The notes beneath the pieces were generated by a model. That model was not told where the DNA came from. It saw nothing but the letters and a program-made list of their open reading frames with translations, and ran no database searches. A DNA stretch of 64,000 nucleotides from Gemmatimonadota bacterium. Lineage in GTDB: Bacteria > Gemmatimonadota > Gemmatimonadetes > Longimicrobiales > Gaopeijiaceae. Of the stretch, positions 54,505-64,000 are shown in pieces (the first letter of the stretch is position 1; every line of letters begins with the position of its first letter). The translations under genes were made by a program, and so were the position numbers. Where the stretch lies: NCBI GenBank assembly GCA_034521595.1, contig JAXHMG010000003.1:1344001-1408000 (forward strand), written 5' to 3'.

Positions 54505-55041
54505 TTACCCCGCCGGCCGGATCCGTAGCGGGATCATCACGTCGCCCCAGTGGAACCGGATGCGCGCCGAGTCCTGATCGGCCATGGGAAAATCGAACGA
54601 CAGGCTCTCCATGTGATCCGCGGCTTCCTGCGGTTCCACTTCGAGCCGGAGCGCGTCTTGTCCCTCCGGATAGGGGATGTGGAATACGTCGTGCGCGTTG
54701 CTGAAGATCAGGGTCCAGTCATCGGGCCTCGGGATCGCCCAGATGCTGTACTCGCCGGCAGGCAAAGGCTCGCCCTCGATGAGCACGTCCTCGCTGATCT
54801 CGATACGCGTCGCGTCGTCCGCGCCCGGATTCCAGATCGAATCGTAAGGGACGAGCTCGCCGAACAGCTCCCGCCCTCGGGCCATCGGGCGGCTATAGAC
54901 CACCCGGAGCTCGGTCGAGCCCATGCGCTGTGCGACTTCCGCGGGCTGGCTGCCTCGGTCGGAGCCGTCCGCGAGGCCCCAGCACCCCGAAAGGACGACA
55001 GCGGCGAACGCCAGGACGGTGAAGCCGTTCGTGTTTCGCAT
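54505..55041 (-). CDS. DUF2911 domain lipoprotein
   Basis: Lipobox LSGC, SQPAEV.Q..G, YSRP..RGR.LFG.LVPY..IW..GAD.AT and LPAG.YS.W.IP. Confidence 0.88.
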   Translation of the reverse strand: MRNTNGFTVLAFAAVVLSGCWGLADGSDRGSQPAEVAQRMGSTELRVVYSRPMARGRELFGELVPYDSIWNPGADDATRIEISEDVLIEGEPLPAGEYSIWAIPRPDDWTLIFSNAHDVFHIPYPEGQDALRLEVEPQEAADHMESLSFDFPMADQDSARIRFHWGDVMIPLRIRPAG

Positions 55042-55112
55042 CGATCTGGATCTCCTCGGAGTATCGAACGTAGGAAAATTCGAAACGGGACAGGGTGGCC
55101 CGTCGAACACGC

Positions 55113-55192
55113 AACAGGCAAGAGGGGATCGAAGTTCCCGACCCCCCGGCCTTCCCCTACGACGGGAACCCCTAGAGCTTGAAGGTTCGTCA
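55113..55192. promoter_or_regulatory. Back-to-back putative ECF-sigma promoters
   Basis: Minus strand GGAACTT-N16-GTT (towards DUF2911); plus strand GGAACC-N17-CGTCA at 55165-55192 (towards tamB). Confidence 0.4.
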
Positions 55193-55249
55193 CGGTGCTG
55201 CGCTCCCGCGTCCCGGACTCCTCCAGGCCACGGCCACTGTCACCCCACC

Positions 55250-58200
55250 ATGCACGCACCCGCAGAAGGCGATTCCGAGGTAACCGCGCGGCCCTCGTGG
55301 CTGCGGCGGGCAGTCGTGGTGGCAGCCGGACTCGCCGTCACGCTCGCCACGCTCGTGGGAGCGCTGCTCGTCGCTTTGCAGATCGACGCCGTCTCGGGTG
55401 CCGTCGCGCGAAAGGGCGCCGAGCTCGCGTCGTCGGACGCGCTCCGCATCCGCGTGACGGGGGCGACGGGAAGCTGGCTGGGTGGGCTGGACCTGACGGG
55501 GGTGGAGGTCACGGCTCGTTCGGGAGACACGGTCGCGTGGACGACCTCGGTGGACACGCTCTCGGCCCGATATCGGCTCCTGCCGCTGCTCCGGCGACAG
55601 CTGTCGCTCTCGTCCGTCCGGGTCGTCGGGTGGTCCGCCTCGGCGGACCTACCCTTGGGCGGTGACGACGAGGCTCCGGCGGAGGACGCGGCCGCTTCCC
55701 AGTGGACCGTGCGCGTGGATCGCGTGGCGGTCGACGTGACCGAGCTCGCACTCACCTCACCGGACACGGCCGAGCCCTGGAGGCTCACGGACGGGAGGCT
55801 CCGCCTTCGGGATCTCGCCCTCGGACCCGAACGGCTCGGAGGGTCCCTGGACACCCTCACTGCGTCGTTCCGTCCGCCCGAGCGTCCGGCCGGATGGGGA
55901 CACGTAGGGTTGGCCGCCGTCCTCGAGACCGATCGGGTCCGGATCGACGAGCTCTCGCTCCGTTCCCCGGAGAGCGACGTTCGCGCCGCCGGCAGCGTTC
56001 CGCTGACGCTGACCGGCACGGCCCCCGAGGGTCTCGACCTGGGGCTCGCGATCGCCCCCCTGCACCTCCAGGACGTGGCCCCCTTCCTTCCGGCGGCGAT
56101 CCCGGATTCGCTCCGTGTCCGGGGTGAAGGCACCCTGCGGACGACCGCCGACACGCTCCAGGCCCAGTTCAGCGGCGATGCGAACGTGCCGGGGCGGGTG
56201 GCGCTCGAAGGAAGGCTCTGGGGCCCACGGGCAGCTCCGGACGCCACCGTGGCGGCGCGGGTCACGTCCCTCGATCTGCAAGCGTGGGGGCTCACCTCGG
56301 CAGCGTTCGTCTTCGACGGCACGGCCGAGTCCGAGCTCCGCCGGCTGTCCAGGGAAGATATCGGGGCGATGCACGGATCGGTTGGCGTGGAGGCGCGGAT
56401 CGAGGGAGACGACGGATCGTCGTCGGGGCGAGCGTCCGTCGAGGCACGGGCGGACTCGGCCGGCGCCCCCTGGCGCGGGCGTTGGGCCGCATCCGGAGCG
56501 GGCCTGAGCACCGAAGGGGGCGTGGCGCTCACGCTCGGAGACGACCCGGAATGGACGCTGGACGGGGCGTTGGCCTACCGGGGGTCCGACCCGGCCCCGC
56601 GCGCGGACATGGACGAAGCCGACATCCCTACCGGCTTTCCCGTGGTCTCCGCGGACGGTCGCTTCGCGGCGGAGGGCCGGGGGTTCGCTCCGGACTCCCT
56701 GGACGGCGTCTTGAGGGTGGAGCTCGACTCGCTGCGGGCCCGGCTCGGGGCCTCCGACGCAAGCACACGTGTGGGCCCGGGGACGCTCACGGCCGAGCTT
56801 CAGCGTGGAGACGCGTCGGCCCGGATGGAATTGGACGCGGGCGGAGGACGCGCGGAACTGGAGGTCGAAGGCAGCCTCCCGGACCGGAGCGTCCGGTCCG
56901 TCCAGGCCCACCTGCACGACATCGACGTGGCCCGGCTCGTGGGCGACACCGTGCCCAGCCGAATCCGCGCGGAGCTTTCCGGATCCATGCCGGGGACGGC
57001 ACCGCTCCAGGCATCCGGCGACCTCCGGATTCTGCATGCCTCGTACGGTCCGTGGACGGTGGATACAGCCCGGGCGTCGGTCGAGGCCCGTGGCGAGGAC
57101 GTGTCGCTCCGCCTGAGCGCCGCCCTGCCCGACTCCGCCCTCGTCGCCGCCGGGGGGCGAATCCGGTGGAACGAGACGGGCGTGCGGGAAGCCGCGCTGG
57201 ACTCGCTCTCGTGGTCTCATCTGAACGTGCGCGCGCTCGGCGGCGTCGCGGAAGACTCACCCGTCCCGCCCACCCGTTTGGCGGGCACCGGACAGGGCCG
57301 AGTCGAGCGCGTGGGCGACGGGTGGCGCGGGGCGTTGGCCCTCCTCCTGGGACCGTCGGACATCGGCGATGCGGTGTTGGACCGGGGCACGGCAGACGTT
57401 CGGATGGACCCGTCGGCGACAGAGCTGACCCTCACGCTGGAAGCCGGAGACATGCGCGTGGACGCGCGTGGGCGGATGGACGCTCCCGCGCCGGATCTGG
57501 AAAGCGAACGAACGGTGACCTTGTCCGATCTTCGCTTCCGGGACCTGGATCTCGGAGCCTTGACGGCGGGGAGCGTGCCACCGACCCGGCTGACCGGAGC
57601 GGCGTCGGGCGAGGTCGCCGGCGCGACGCTCGCAGAGGCGGTGGGCAGCGGGCTCTTCGCCCTCTCGACCTCGAGCGTGGACAGCACCGTCATCGACACG
57701 GCGAGCATCGCGCTCTCCCTCGACTCGGGACGCATTCGCACCGAAGCGCGCGCGGAAGGGCTGGAAACCGTGCTTCTGGTTGACGGCGAAGCCGACGTCG
57801 GTGGCGCCGCGCCGACCTACTCCATGCAGGGATCCCTCGACCGCCGGGCCTCCGACACGGACACGGACCTGAGCGCCCTCGCTCGATTCGGGCTCGAGGG
57901 CAGCGGTCTCCACCCGGACACCGCCGACGCCGAGCTCTGGGTCGAGGTGGACTCTGCACGGTGGACGGGCCGCACGGTCGATCGAGGGGTGTTGCGGGCC
58001 GGCCTGCGGGAGGGCGTCGCGCGCATCGACACGCTGGCCCTGAGCCTGCCAGGTGCGTCGCTCGTAGCCGGAGGCGAGTTACCCCTGTCCGCTCGGGAAG
58101 GGCGGAGCGGAACGCTCCACATGTCCGGCGAGCTCACCCGGGCCGACCTGCTCGGAGCGGGCGCGAGTCCGGGCATCCTGGCCGTCGGCGAAGCACGTCT

Positions 58201-60406
58201 CGAAGTCACGGCTCGGGGAGCTCTGGACGACCTCACGCTCGACGGTGAAGGACACCTCTCGGCTCTCCTCGCCAACGACATCAGGGTACAGGGCGTGGAG
58301 CTCGACGGCACCGGTCGACACACCGCCGGCGAAGGGTGGGTGCAGGGTGAAGGACGTGTCGTCGTGGACCGGCTGCGCCTTCCCACCGCCCCGGTGGAAC
58401 GGATCGAGGTGTCCGCCGTCGTAGAGCCGGAAGACGAGCTGGCGCTCACGGCCTCCGCGGTCGTCGACGGCCGCCGGGACGCGGAGTTGAGCGCCCGGTT
58501 GGAGCAGCTTTCGGCACCTTCCTCGGTGCTCCTGGAGCGCATGTCGTTCCGCGCGGACGAAGACCGATGGAGCCTCACCCATCCGACCCGCGTCACCGTA
58601 CGGGACGGCTTCGCCGTGGACTCCCTCCGGTTCGCCGCGGACGGCCAGGAGCTACGCCTCCGTGGCGGCATCACCGACGCCGGCCCGCTCGACCTCCAGG
58701 CCAGCGCCCGGTCGTTCGATATCGCGACCGTGTCCGACCTCCTCGGGTATCCCGACCTGGGCGGGCGGTTCACGGGCTCGCTCGACGTCGGGGGCACGGC
58801 CGAGGACCCGGTGCTCGACGGGCACGTCGAAAGCCGCCTCGAGCCCGGCGGCGTCTCCCCTGCGGACCTCGCCCTGTCGCTCGGATACCGCGAGGGCAGG
58901 GCCGACCTGGAAGGCTCGGTAAGCCTGGACGAGGGGCCGGAGCTTCGAGCACGGGCGTCCGTCCCGTTCGACCTCACGTTCGCCGCGCCGGCCGAAGGCC
59001 TCGTCGGAGACGGCGCGATGAGCGGAACCCTCGCGGCCAATTCGTTTCCGTTGGGTTGGCTCGAGCCGTTCACGACCGCATCGGGCGCCGAGGACCTGGA
59101 AGGTCGGCTCGACGGCACCGCCGAAGTCGACGGCACCCCCGACGATCCGGTCTTCAGCGGCCGGCTCGCTCTCGAGAACGGGGCCGTCAGCATGCCCGAC
59201 CTCGGAGTGCGGTACCGGGAGGCTCGGGCGCACCTGACGTTCCGCGGCACGGAAATCGCCATCGATTCGGCCCGGGTCCGCTCGGAAGACGGTACGCTCC
59301 GAACCTCCGGGCGCATCACCGTGGAGCGGATCGACCGACCGGAGTACGCGCTCGCGCTCACGGCCGACCGATTCGTGGTCATGCGCTCGTCCGCGATCCA
59401 CGCCACGGTCTCGGGCGATGTCGACATCGAGGGCGCCGGCGACGCGCCCCGAATCTCGGGTCTCGTCGAGGTAGAGCGTGCGGACCTCTACCTGGGTGAT
59501 CTCATCAGCGAGTCGATGGTGGACCCCGTCACGTTGACGCCCGAGCAGTGGGAAGAGCTCGCGCGGGTCTTCGGCTACGAACGCCCCTCGGGCCGCACGG
59601 AACGCTCTCCCCTCATGGAATCCATCACCCTGGATCTCGACGTGCGCCTGGGACGGGCGTCGTGGGTCCGGCAACGGGCCAACCCCGAGCTGGCGCTGCA
59701 GTTCGACGGGGAGATGTCGGTCCAGAAGGAACCCGGGGATTCACTCCAGCTCGTGGGAAGCGTCGAGGCGGTCCCCGACCGGAGCTGGGTGGAGCAGTTC
59801 GGACGGCGGTTCTCGATCACCGAAGGGCGTCTCACCTTTCAGGGTCCGCCGACCGCCACGGCGGTCGAGGTGCGGGCCGAATACGGCGTCCCGTCCCGTG
59901 ACAACGCCGGTGAGCCGGAGGTCGTCCTGGCGCTCCAGGTTTCGGGCACGCCCGACGACCTGAGCCTCGAGCTGTCTTCCACACCGCCGCTCGAGCCCTC
60001 CGACATGGTCGCCTACCTCGTCACCGGACGGCCGGCCAGCCAATCGCTGAGCGGAGGGGGCGACGGATCGCTCAGGGACACGGGCGGGGCCCTGGCCCTC
60101 GGACAGCTCAGCGGCGCGGTGGAAGCGTACGCCCGGGAACAGGTGGGGCTCGACGTGGTCGAGATCACGACCGACGGTCTAGACGGCGTCACGTTACTCG
60201 CCGGACGGTACCTGTCGCCCGATCTGTACCTCGGCGTACGCCAGCCCATCTCGCTCCAGTCCTCCTCGGAAGACGCGACTCAACGCGCACCGACGACGGA
60301 GGTCGAGTTGGAGCTCCAGGCGGTCCGGTGGCTCCTGCTCAACCTCCGTGCCGGCGGACGGCGCGGCGTGGAGTTCTACGTCCGGTCGAGACTCGCCTAT
60401 GACTGA
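55250..60406 (+). CDS. tamB: Translocation and assembly module TamB (AsmA-like, C-terminal DUF490)
   Basis: N-terminal TM anchor, long beta-taenia-like repeats, C-terminal F.I.EG.L.F.G, L.S.PPL...D..AYL.TG and AGRYLSPDLYL. Confidence 0.85.
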   Translation: MHAPAEGDSEVTARPSWLRRAVVVAAGLAVTLATLVGALLVALQIDAVSGAVARKGAELASSDALRIRVTGATGSWLGGLDLTGVEVTARSGDTVAWTTSVDTLSARYRLLPLLRRQLSLSSVRVVGWSASADLPLGGDDEAPAEDAAASQWTVRVDRVAVDVTELALTSPDTAEPWRLTDGRLRLRDLALGPERLGGSLDTLTASFRPPERPAGWGHVGLAAVLETDRVRIDELSLRSPESDVRAAGSVPLTLTGTAPEGLDLGLAIAPLHLQDVAPFLPAAIPDSLRVRGEGTLRTTADTLQAQFSGDANVPGRVALEGRLWGPRAAPDATVAARVTSLDLQAWGLTSAAFVFDGTAESELRRLSREDIGAMHGSVGVEARIEGDDGSSSGRASVEARADSAGAPWRGRWAASGAGLSTEGGVALTLGDDPEWTLDGALAYRGSDPAPRADMDEADIPTGFPVVSADGRFAAEGRGFAPDSLDGVLRVELDSLRARLGASDASTRVGPGTLTAELQRGDASARMELDAGGGRAELEVEGSLPDRSVRSVQAHLHDIDVARLVGDTVPSRIRAELSGSMPGTAPLQASGDLRILHASYGPWTVDTARASVEARGEDVSLRLSAALPDSALVAAGGRIRWNETGVREAALDSLSWSHLNVRALGGVAEDSPVPPTRLAGTGQGRVERVGDGWRGALALLLGPSDIGDAVLDRGTADVRMDPSATELTLTLEAGDMRVDARGRMDAPAPDLESERTVTLSDLRFRDLDLGALTAGSVPPTRLTGAASGEVAGATLAEAVGSGLFALSTSSVDSTVIDTASIALSLDSGRIRTEARAEGLETVLLVDGEADVGGAAPTYSMQGSLDRRASDTDTDLSALARFGLEGSGLHPDTADAELWVEVDSARWTGRTVDRGVLRAGLREGVARIDTLALSLPGASLVAGGELPLSAREGRSGTLHMSGELTRADLLGAGASPGILAVGEARLEVTARGALDDLTLDGEGHLSALLANDIRVQGVELDGTGRHTAGEGWVQGEGRVVVDRLRLPTAPVERIEVSAVVEPEDELALTASAVVDGRRDAELSARLEQLSAPSSVLLERMSFRADEDRWSLTHPTRVTVRDGFAVDSLRFAADGQELRLRGGITDAGPLDLQASARSFDIATVSDLLGYPDLGGRFTGSLDVGGTAEDPVLDGHVESRLEPGGVSPADLALSLGYREGRADLEGSVSLDEGPELRARASVPFDLTFAAPAEGLVGDGAMSGTLAANSFPLGWLEPFTTASGAEDLEGRLDGTAEVDGTPDDPVFSGRLALENGAVSMPDLGVRYREARAHLTFRGTEIAIDSARVRSEDGTLRTSGRITVERIDRPEYALALTADRFVVMRSSAIHATVSGDVDIEGAGDAPRISGLVEVERADLYLGDLISESMVDPVTLTPEQWEELARVFGYERPSGRTERSPLMESITLDLDVRLGRASWVRQRANPELALQFDGEMSVQKEPGDSLQLVGSVEAVPDRSWVEQFGRRFSITEGRLTFQGPPTATAVEVRAEYGVPSRDNAGEPEVVLALQVSGTPDDLSLELSSTPPLEPSDMVAYLVTGRPASQSLSGGGDGSLRDTGGALALGQLSGAVEAYAREQVGLDVVEITTDGLDGVTLLAGRYLSPDLYLGVRQPISLQSSSEDATQRAPTTEVELELQAVRWLLLNLRAGGRRGVEFYVRSRLAYD

Positions 60407-62603
60407 GCGCCGATCCGCCGTGCGCGCCGCGGTCCACGCCGCCGTCGCGACCGTATGCGGCCTCGTCGCACTCCCGGCGGCTCCGGGGAGCGTCGCCGCC
60501 CAGGCCCCGTTGTTTCTCGTCGGGCCGGAAACCGAGGTCGCGGCCGTCGACTTCCGTTTCGACGACACCCGCTCGGTCGAGCGCGCCGCGCTCCGGCGAG
60601 AGCTCGCGCTCAGGGGGCCCGGTCCGCTGTACGGAACCCGGTCTCTCCTGGGAAAGCTTCCCTTGATTCCCTCGCCGTCGAAGCTCCTTTTCGATCCGCC
60701 GTCGCTTCTCCGCGACCTCGTTCGACTCGAACGATTCTATCGGGACCAGGGCTTTCCCGACGTCTCGGTGACGTACGACGCCGTACTCGATACGACGACG
60801 AACGCGGTCGACGTCACCTACGTGATTCGGGAGGGCCGCCCCGTCGTCCTCGACACCGTGATCGTCAGCCGACCGGCGGGAGCGGGTCTGACCGAAGCGT
60901 TGCCCGCAGAGCTGCGCCAAGCCTGGGGAACGTTCGAAACGGAGTTGGCGGCCGAACGGGGACAGCGGCTGAGCTCCGGGCTCCGTGCGCGGCTGCGCGA
61001 CCGGGTGGTCAACTGGCTTCGGGATCGCGGCTACCCGTACCCCACGGCTTCGCTCGAAACGGAGCCCACCGACCGCGTGAAGAGCGGGGACGGAATGCGG
61101 CTCACCCTCACGGTCGATCCCGGAACCCGGATGCGGGTGGGAAGCGTGACCGTCAGCGGGAACCGGAGGCTCGAGCCACACGTGCTTCGGCGAGAGGTCC
61201 CCTTGGCCGAGGGAGATTGGTTCTCCCGTGCGCGCCTCGCGGAAGGCCAGAGCGAGCTCTTCGGCTTGGACATGGTGCGCGTCGCCGTTACCGGAACCGA
61301 GCCCGACAGCACACGCCCCGACCACGTCGACGTGCGGCTCCGGGTCACGGAAGGCGCACTCCACCTCCTCTCCGGCCGAACCGGTTGGAGCATGGGGTCC
61401 GGCGTCTCCGCGGACGTGTCCTGGAGCCACCGGAACTTCACCGGCGGCGCTCGCACGCTGGAGATCTCCACCCTTGCGCGAACCGGGTTGCTGGCCCCCG
61501 AAGCAACCGCCGCGCGACGCTACGGGTTTTCGGTATCTCTCCGTCAGCCCTGGCTCTTCCACCACCGGGTGGAGGGCGTCGCACGACCCTTCGTGGAGTA
61601 CCGGGACGATCTCCGCGACGAGTCGGTGCAGTTCGGGATGGAGACATCGGCCCTGTATCGTATGGGCTCGCGCCGACACGTCACCCTCCGCTACTCACTC
61701 ACGTCACGCAAGGTCATCCGCGCCGGTGCCGGCGTCGTCCTGGGTCAGGACACCGACCTGGTGAGCCTGCTAACCGCGCTGGACACCCTCGATCTGGACC
61801 GTCGTACGAGCAGCTTCAGCGCGACCGGCCGATGGGCCCGGGCGTCCGGGCCCGGCGCAGAGGCATCGGCTCGGCCCGACTGGAGCGTGTTCACGAGCAC
61901 CGAGCTCGCGGGGCCGGGCGGCCTCTCCACCGTCGAGTACGGCAAGCTCGTCGCCGAAGCCACGGCACTCCTGCCCGTCGGAGCAGGCCTCTCGCTGCGG
62001 GGCCGGGTCGGGGGCGGCACGGTACGGCCCTTCGGTGGCTCCGTGCCGGCGCCCGATGGCTCCAACCGGCTGGAGACCTACTTCAAGCTACGGGACGCGG
62101 TGCTCACGGCGGGGGGATCACAAGATGTGCGCGGATGGGGCACCGATCTCTTGGGTCCGAAGGCGCCGGACATGCTGATGAGCGACGAAGGCACGGTCTC
62201 GTCGGCGCGCTACGTTCCGCTCGGGGGTCTCGCGCGGTGGACCGGGTCGCTCCAGGTGGAAATTCCGCTCCCGTTCTTCGGGCGGCCGCACGGACTTCAC
62301 ACCTTCCTCGACGCCGGACGGGTCTGGACCCCGGACGAGCGCTTCCTTCCCACGGATCAGCCGCTCATTCCGGACCAGCTCGGAGATGAGGTGCGGTTGG
62401 GCACCGGCCTCGGCATCTCTCTCGGGACGCCCGTGGGCCTCGTGCAGCTCGATGTCGGCTACAAGCTGAACCCGTCCCTCCTCGACCTACGAGATCCCGC
62501 TGCGGTCGGACAAGCGTTGGTCGACGAGCTTCCCGTCGCCGACGTGCCCGCGCGTGAAATCCGCCGGTGGCACCTCCACCTCTCGATCGGGGGCATCTCG
62601 TGA
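60399..62603 (+). CDS. tamA: TamA/BamA-family Omp85 protein with POTRA domains
   Basis: D..RL..FY...GF, V.GN......LRRE, W.HRNF.GGAR, GG...VRGW, FLDAG.VW and TPVG....D.GYKLNP. Confidence 0.85.
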   Translation: MTERRSAVRAAVHAAVATVCGLVALPAAPGSVAAQAPLFLVGPETEVAAVDFRFDDTRSVERAALRRELALRGPGPLYGTRSLLGKLPLIPSPSKLLFDPPSLLRDLVRLERFYRDQGFPDVSVTYDAVLDTTTNAVDVTYVIREGRPVVLDTVIVSRPAGAGLTEALPAELRQAWGTFETELAAERGQRLSSGLRARLRDRVVNWLRDRGYPYPTASLETEPTDRVKSGDGMRLTLTVDPGTRMRVGSVTVSGNRRLEPHVLRREVPLAEGDWFSRARLAEGQSELFGLDMVRVAVTGTEPDSTRPDHVDVRLRVTEGALHLLSGRTGWSMGSGVSADVSWSHRNFTGGARTLEISTLARTGLLAPEATAARRYGFSVSLRQPWLFHHRVEGVARPFVEYRDDLRDESVQFGMETSALYRMGSRRHVTLRYSLTSRKVIRAGAGVVLGQDTDLVSLLTALDTLDLDRRTSSFSATGRWARASGPGAEASARPDWSVFTSTELAGPGGLSTVEYGKLVAEATALLPVGAGLSLRGRVGGGTVRPFGGSVPAPDGSNRLETYFKLRDAVLTAGGSQDVRGWGTDLLGPKAPDMLMSDEGTVSSARYVPLGGLARWTGSLQVEIPLPFFGRPHGLHTFLDAGRVWTPDERFLPTDQPLIPDQLGDEVRLGTGLGISLGTPVGLVQLDVGYKLNPSLLDLRDPAAVGQALVDELPVADVPAREIRRWHLHLSIGGIS

Positions 62604-62640
62604 GGTCGGCTCGATCCTTGCGATGATATGAAGCGCGCCC

Positions 62641-62748
62641 GATGAGGTCACCGCCCCGCTTCAGGGCTCCGGCGAGCGCGTCCTGTACGTGGACGACGAA
62701 CCCGGCCTGGACACCGTGGGCAAGCGGCGGCTCGAGCTGTCAAGGTAG
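62641..62748 (+). pseudogene. Response-regulator receiver-domain remnant
   Basis: LQGSGERVLYVDDEPGLDTVGKRRLE matches the start of a hybrid-kinase receiver domain. It has no in-frame start, an upstream TGA, and stops early. Confidence 0.65.
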
Positions 62749-62855
62749 GACGGTCCCGTGCGTCCCATCCGAAAAGGGTGGGAGGAACTCATCCGCCGTC
62801 CGGTCGGTTGGCTCGTAGGAACCCTCCCCGTCTGTCCCAGCCCTGCGTCGAATCG

Positions 62856-63512
62856 ATGAACCTAGTCCAGCACCGAAGGCACATCGAAAGGCACGGTATA
62901 CGCCCATGGGCGTTCGAGCTGTGGTGTACTTCCATGGACCGGCTCATCGGGTTCAAGGTCCTGCGATGCATGACGTTGGTCATGGAGGATATCGATCCCG
63001 AGTACCTTCAAGATCACCCGAGATATGAAAGCCACCGCGCGACGGCAGCGGAGTTCGCCACACGTCCAGGGGCTACGGATCTCGTCGACGAGGCGTTCCT
63101 GGACGACGCGGTTCGGCGAGGCGACTGGTGCCACTACATGACGGACGAAGACACTGTCGTGACATACGGATGGTACTCTTCAGCCGCAGTACCGGTAGGG
63201 CCGGACGCGACCATCGAGCACTCCGGGGCTTACGCGTACATGTACAATGGCTTCACACCCCCGGAATTCCGTGGGCAGCACCTCCACGGATACTGTATGG
63301 GCCAGGGCTTGAAGGAGGCTATCCAGCGTGGCTACTCCGGCCTGATCAGTTACGTCGAGGCTCAGAACGCGCCGTCCATCAAGTCCGTTCGCCGGCTCGG
63401 CTACAGGCCCTTCGGAACAGCGGTGCGGCTGAACCCCTTCGGTCGCGCCTTCACGCTGAACTCACGCGGGTGTAGGAACTACGATTTCCGCCTGACGATC
63501 GTACAGAGCTGA
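62856..63512 (+). CDS. GNAT-family N-acetyltransferase-like protein
   Basis: AYMYNGFTPPEFRGQHL (acetyl-CoA motif A) and YVEAQN.PS.....RLGY. Confidence 0.8.
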   Translation: MNLVQHRRHIERHGIRPWAFELWCTSMDRLIGFKVLRCMTLVMEDIDPEYLQDHPRYESHRATAAEFATRPGATDLVDEAFLDDAVRRGDWCHYMTDEDTVVTYGWYSSAAVPVGPDATIEHSGAYAYMYNGFTPPEFRGQHLHGYCMGQGLKEAIQRGYSGLISYVEAQNAPSIKSVRRLGYRPFGTAVRLNPFGRAFTLNSRGCRNYDFRLTIVQS

Positions 63513-63611
63513 CGGCGACATCCGCGGTTCGGGAGGACGGAGCACTGCCAACAGCTCGGAGATCATCCTCGAGCCCGCCATGTTCGAAGGGCGAGGAGAT
63601 CCTCCCCGACG

Positions 63612-64000
63612 TCAGCGCCCCGACCCGCCGTCCACCGTCCGCCGCCACTCGTCGTACTGACGGCGCAGCTCCAGTAGTGGATTCTCCGCGAGACGCTCCG
63701 TCTGCACCGAAAGCGCGAGCCAGGGTGCGTCGGCGGTGCCCGCGTCCGTCATTCCGATGTTTTCGGCCGCGTAGGGCTCGTCTCCTCCACGGGCGACGAG
63801 GATCGCCGCCATCGAGGTGGTCTGCCGCACGTTCCCCTGGTTGCAGCGCACGTCCCCACCCGCGTCGGAGCCCGCTTCGAGGGCGCGCATGAGCCGATCC
63901 GGGAGGGTGTTGAAGCCCGCCGGGTCCTCCCATCGGTAGGCATCCAGCGGCGCCTGAACGACCTCGGCGCTCGCGAGCGTGTTCCCCTGAGCGCTCACGC
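63612..64000 (-). CDS. DUF1028 (Ntn-hydrolase-like) protein, C-terminal part; 5' end outside the window
   Basis: AQGNTLAS.EVV, L.DRLM.ALEAG..AGGD.RC, AAILVA and PL.ELRR. Confidence 0.8.
   Translation of the reverse strand, partial: VSAQGNTLASAEVVQAPLDAYRWEDPAGFNTLPDRLMRALEAGSDAGGDVRCNQGNVRQTTSMAAILVARGGDEPYAAENIGMTDAGTADAPWLALSVQTERLAENPLLELRRQYDEWRRTVDGGSGR

Noticed and set aside
1-64000. CRISPR arrays, rRNA, transposases, prophage genes, long tandem DNA repeats
   Set aside because: None seen by eye. The repeats found are protein-level (PD40, LVIVD, TamB) or isolated hairpins; short dispersed repeats could have been missed without computation.

Overview
High-GC Gram-negative (diderm) bacterial chromosome segment. 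Gene content and the small lipoprotein families suggest Gemmatimonadota (inference only). It holds about 60 genes, mostly for envelope biogenesis and housekeeping. Main blocks: (1) a peptidoglycan-recycling-like cluster, spmA-spmB-mpl (mpl split by one frameshift) with ggt and a divergent LD-carboxypeptidase; (2) a NUDIX hydrolase coupled to an uncharacterised multi-TM protein; (3) a GltD/PreT-like Fe-S flavoprotein - PFOR (nifJ) - DHOD-like operon; (4) two paralogous small lipoproteins sharing an upstream palindrome, one with a sigma54 promoter; (5) a 10-gene group-3-type Mrp Na+/H+ antiporter operon running into a catalytically dead HemC homologue, hldC, rph and rdgB; (6) lptE, lpxH, tRNA-Sec, ridA, hldA, a DSD1-like PLP enzyme, TlpA and a BNR lipoprotein; (7) a peptidase-propeller-Omp85 fusion, mlaEFD, corC-like and lspA; (8) a GNAT-nitrilase fusion with Ser in place of the catalytic Cys, head-to-head with an amidohydrolase; (9) tamB-tamA. 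Three short gene remnants (DUF4389, Hsp20, receiver domain) lie in intergenic gaps. No CRISPR array, rRNA, transposase, integrase or prophage was seen. The best candidate for an undescribed system is SpmAB as a stem-peptide importer coupled to Mpl, LdcA and a cytoplasmic GGT. All product calls come from motif recognition by eye, not database searches.
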